Part shown: positions 63,319-64,000 of the stretch, piece by piece
How the letters are laid out: each line of letters begins with the position of its first letter
Position numbering within the stretch: position 1 is the stretch's first letter
From: Hypanus sabinus
Taxonomy: Eukaryota
DNA: 64,000 bases
Direction: 5' to 3'
Assembly (NCBI RefSeq): GCF_030144855.1
Contig: NC_082712.1
Location: 90,148,001-90,212,000, forward strand
Position numbers and translations under genes: made by a program
The notes under the pieces: generated by a model
Told to the model about the DNA's origin: nothing
Databases searched by the model: none
Seen by the model: the letters and a program-made list of their open reading frames with translations, nothing else

Positions 63319-63479
63319 GTAGGCATGCTTGTGATATCTTGGAAGTCAGGGAGAAAGAAAAATTGCACAAAGACTAGATTTTTTAAAATTAGAAGCAGTT
63401 TCACAAGTGTGAAAGTAGAGCAGTAAGAAATAAACTAACAAATTGGGTTAAGGAATCATGACTCAGTGGCAAACGTTTA

Positions 63480-64000
63480 AGGGGATCTTAAATTTCAGAA
63501 TTGAGAGATTAAACACATTCCAAGTAGAGGGAGCATTTCAGAGGAGGAGTCACCATCTGTCGTAACTAAGGAAAATTAAAGACAGTGTCCCAGACTTGGA
63601 GATGAAAAGGGTATGTCATTGTCCGAAGTAATGTAAAACAACTTGAGAATTAATGGTTCAATTCAATATCAGAGAAGTTTCTCCTTGGAGCAACGGAAGA
63701 TGAGAGGTGACCTGATAGAGGTGTATAAGATGATGAGAGGTATTGATAGTGTGGATAGTCAGAGGCTTTTTCCCAGGGCTGAAATGGTTGCCACAAGAGG
63801 ACACAGGTTTAAGGTGCTGGGGAGTAGGTACAGAGGAGATGTCAGGGGTAAGATTTTTACTCGAGAGAGAGGTGAGTGCATGGAATGGGCTGCCAGCAAC
63901 GGTGGTGGAGACGGATACGATAGGGTCTTTTAAGAAACTTTTGGATAGGTACATGGAGCTTAGAAAAATAGAGGGCTATAGGTAAGCCTAGTAATTTCTA
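63480..64000 (+). mobile_element. CR1 3' fragment
   Basis: FSLEQRKMRGDLIEVYKMMRG...RGHRFKV. Confidence 0.9.

Noticed and set aside
1-64000. CRISPR arrays, rRNA, tRNA genes, viral ORFs
   Set aside because: None seen; recurring short motifs are Penelope tails and the only Pol III boxes are SINE-derived

Overview
Vertebrate, repeat-dominated genomic DNA. The repeat families (CR1, Rex1-like, Penelope-like tails, L1) look like those of a cartilaginous fish, most likely a ray; this is recalled, not searched. Two divergently oriented genes bracket the window. The first is a minus-strand gene seen only as a signal-peptide exon (3700-3785), with the rest lying left of the window. The second is a plus-strand gene with a leader exon (53390-53457) and a phase 1-1 V-type Ig exon (55270-55596) of B7/butyrophilin type; no C-domain or clear TM exon was found. 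The ~50 kb between them is mostly transposon debris: a full-length but broken hAT (145-3073), Tc1, Tigger/pogo MITE, L1, RTE, CR1, Penelope-like fragments carrying minimal hammerhead ribozyme motifs, and two solo LTRs with TSDs. Two duplicated blocks stand out. One is a hierarchical duplication at 29.7-39.1 kb that carries four decaying copies of an NF-Y/E2F-like promoter plus splice-competent exons of an unidentified gene. The other is a 1388-bp tandem array (56.8-61.3 kb) directly downstream of the IgV exon. Most ORFs in the supplied track are spurious or TE-derived. Coordinates were counted by hand and repeat boundaries are approximate.
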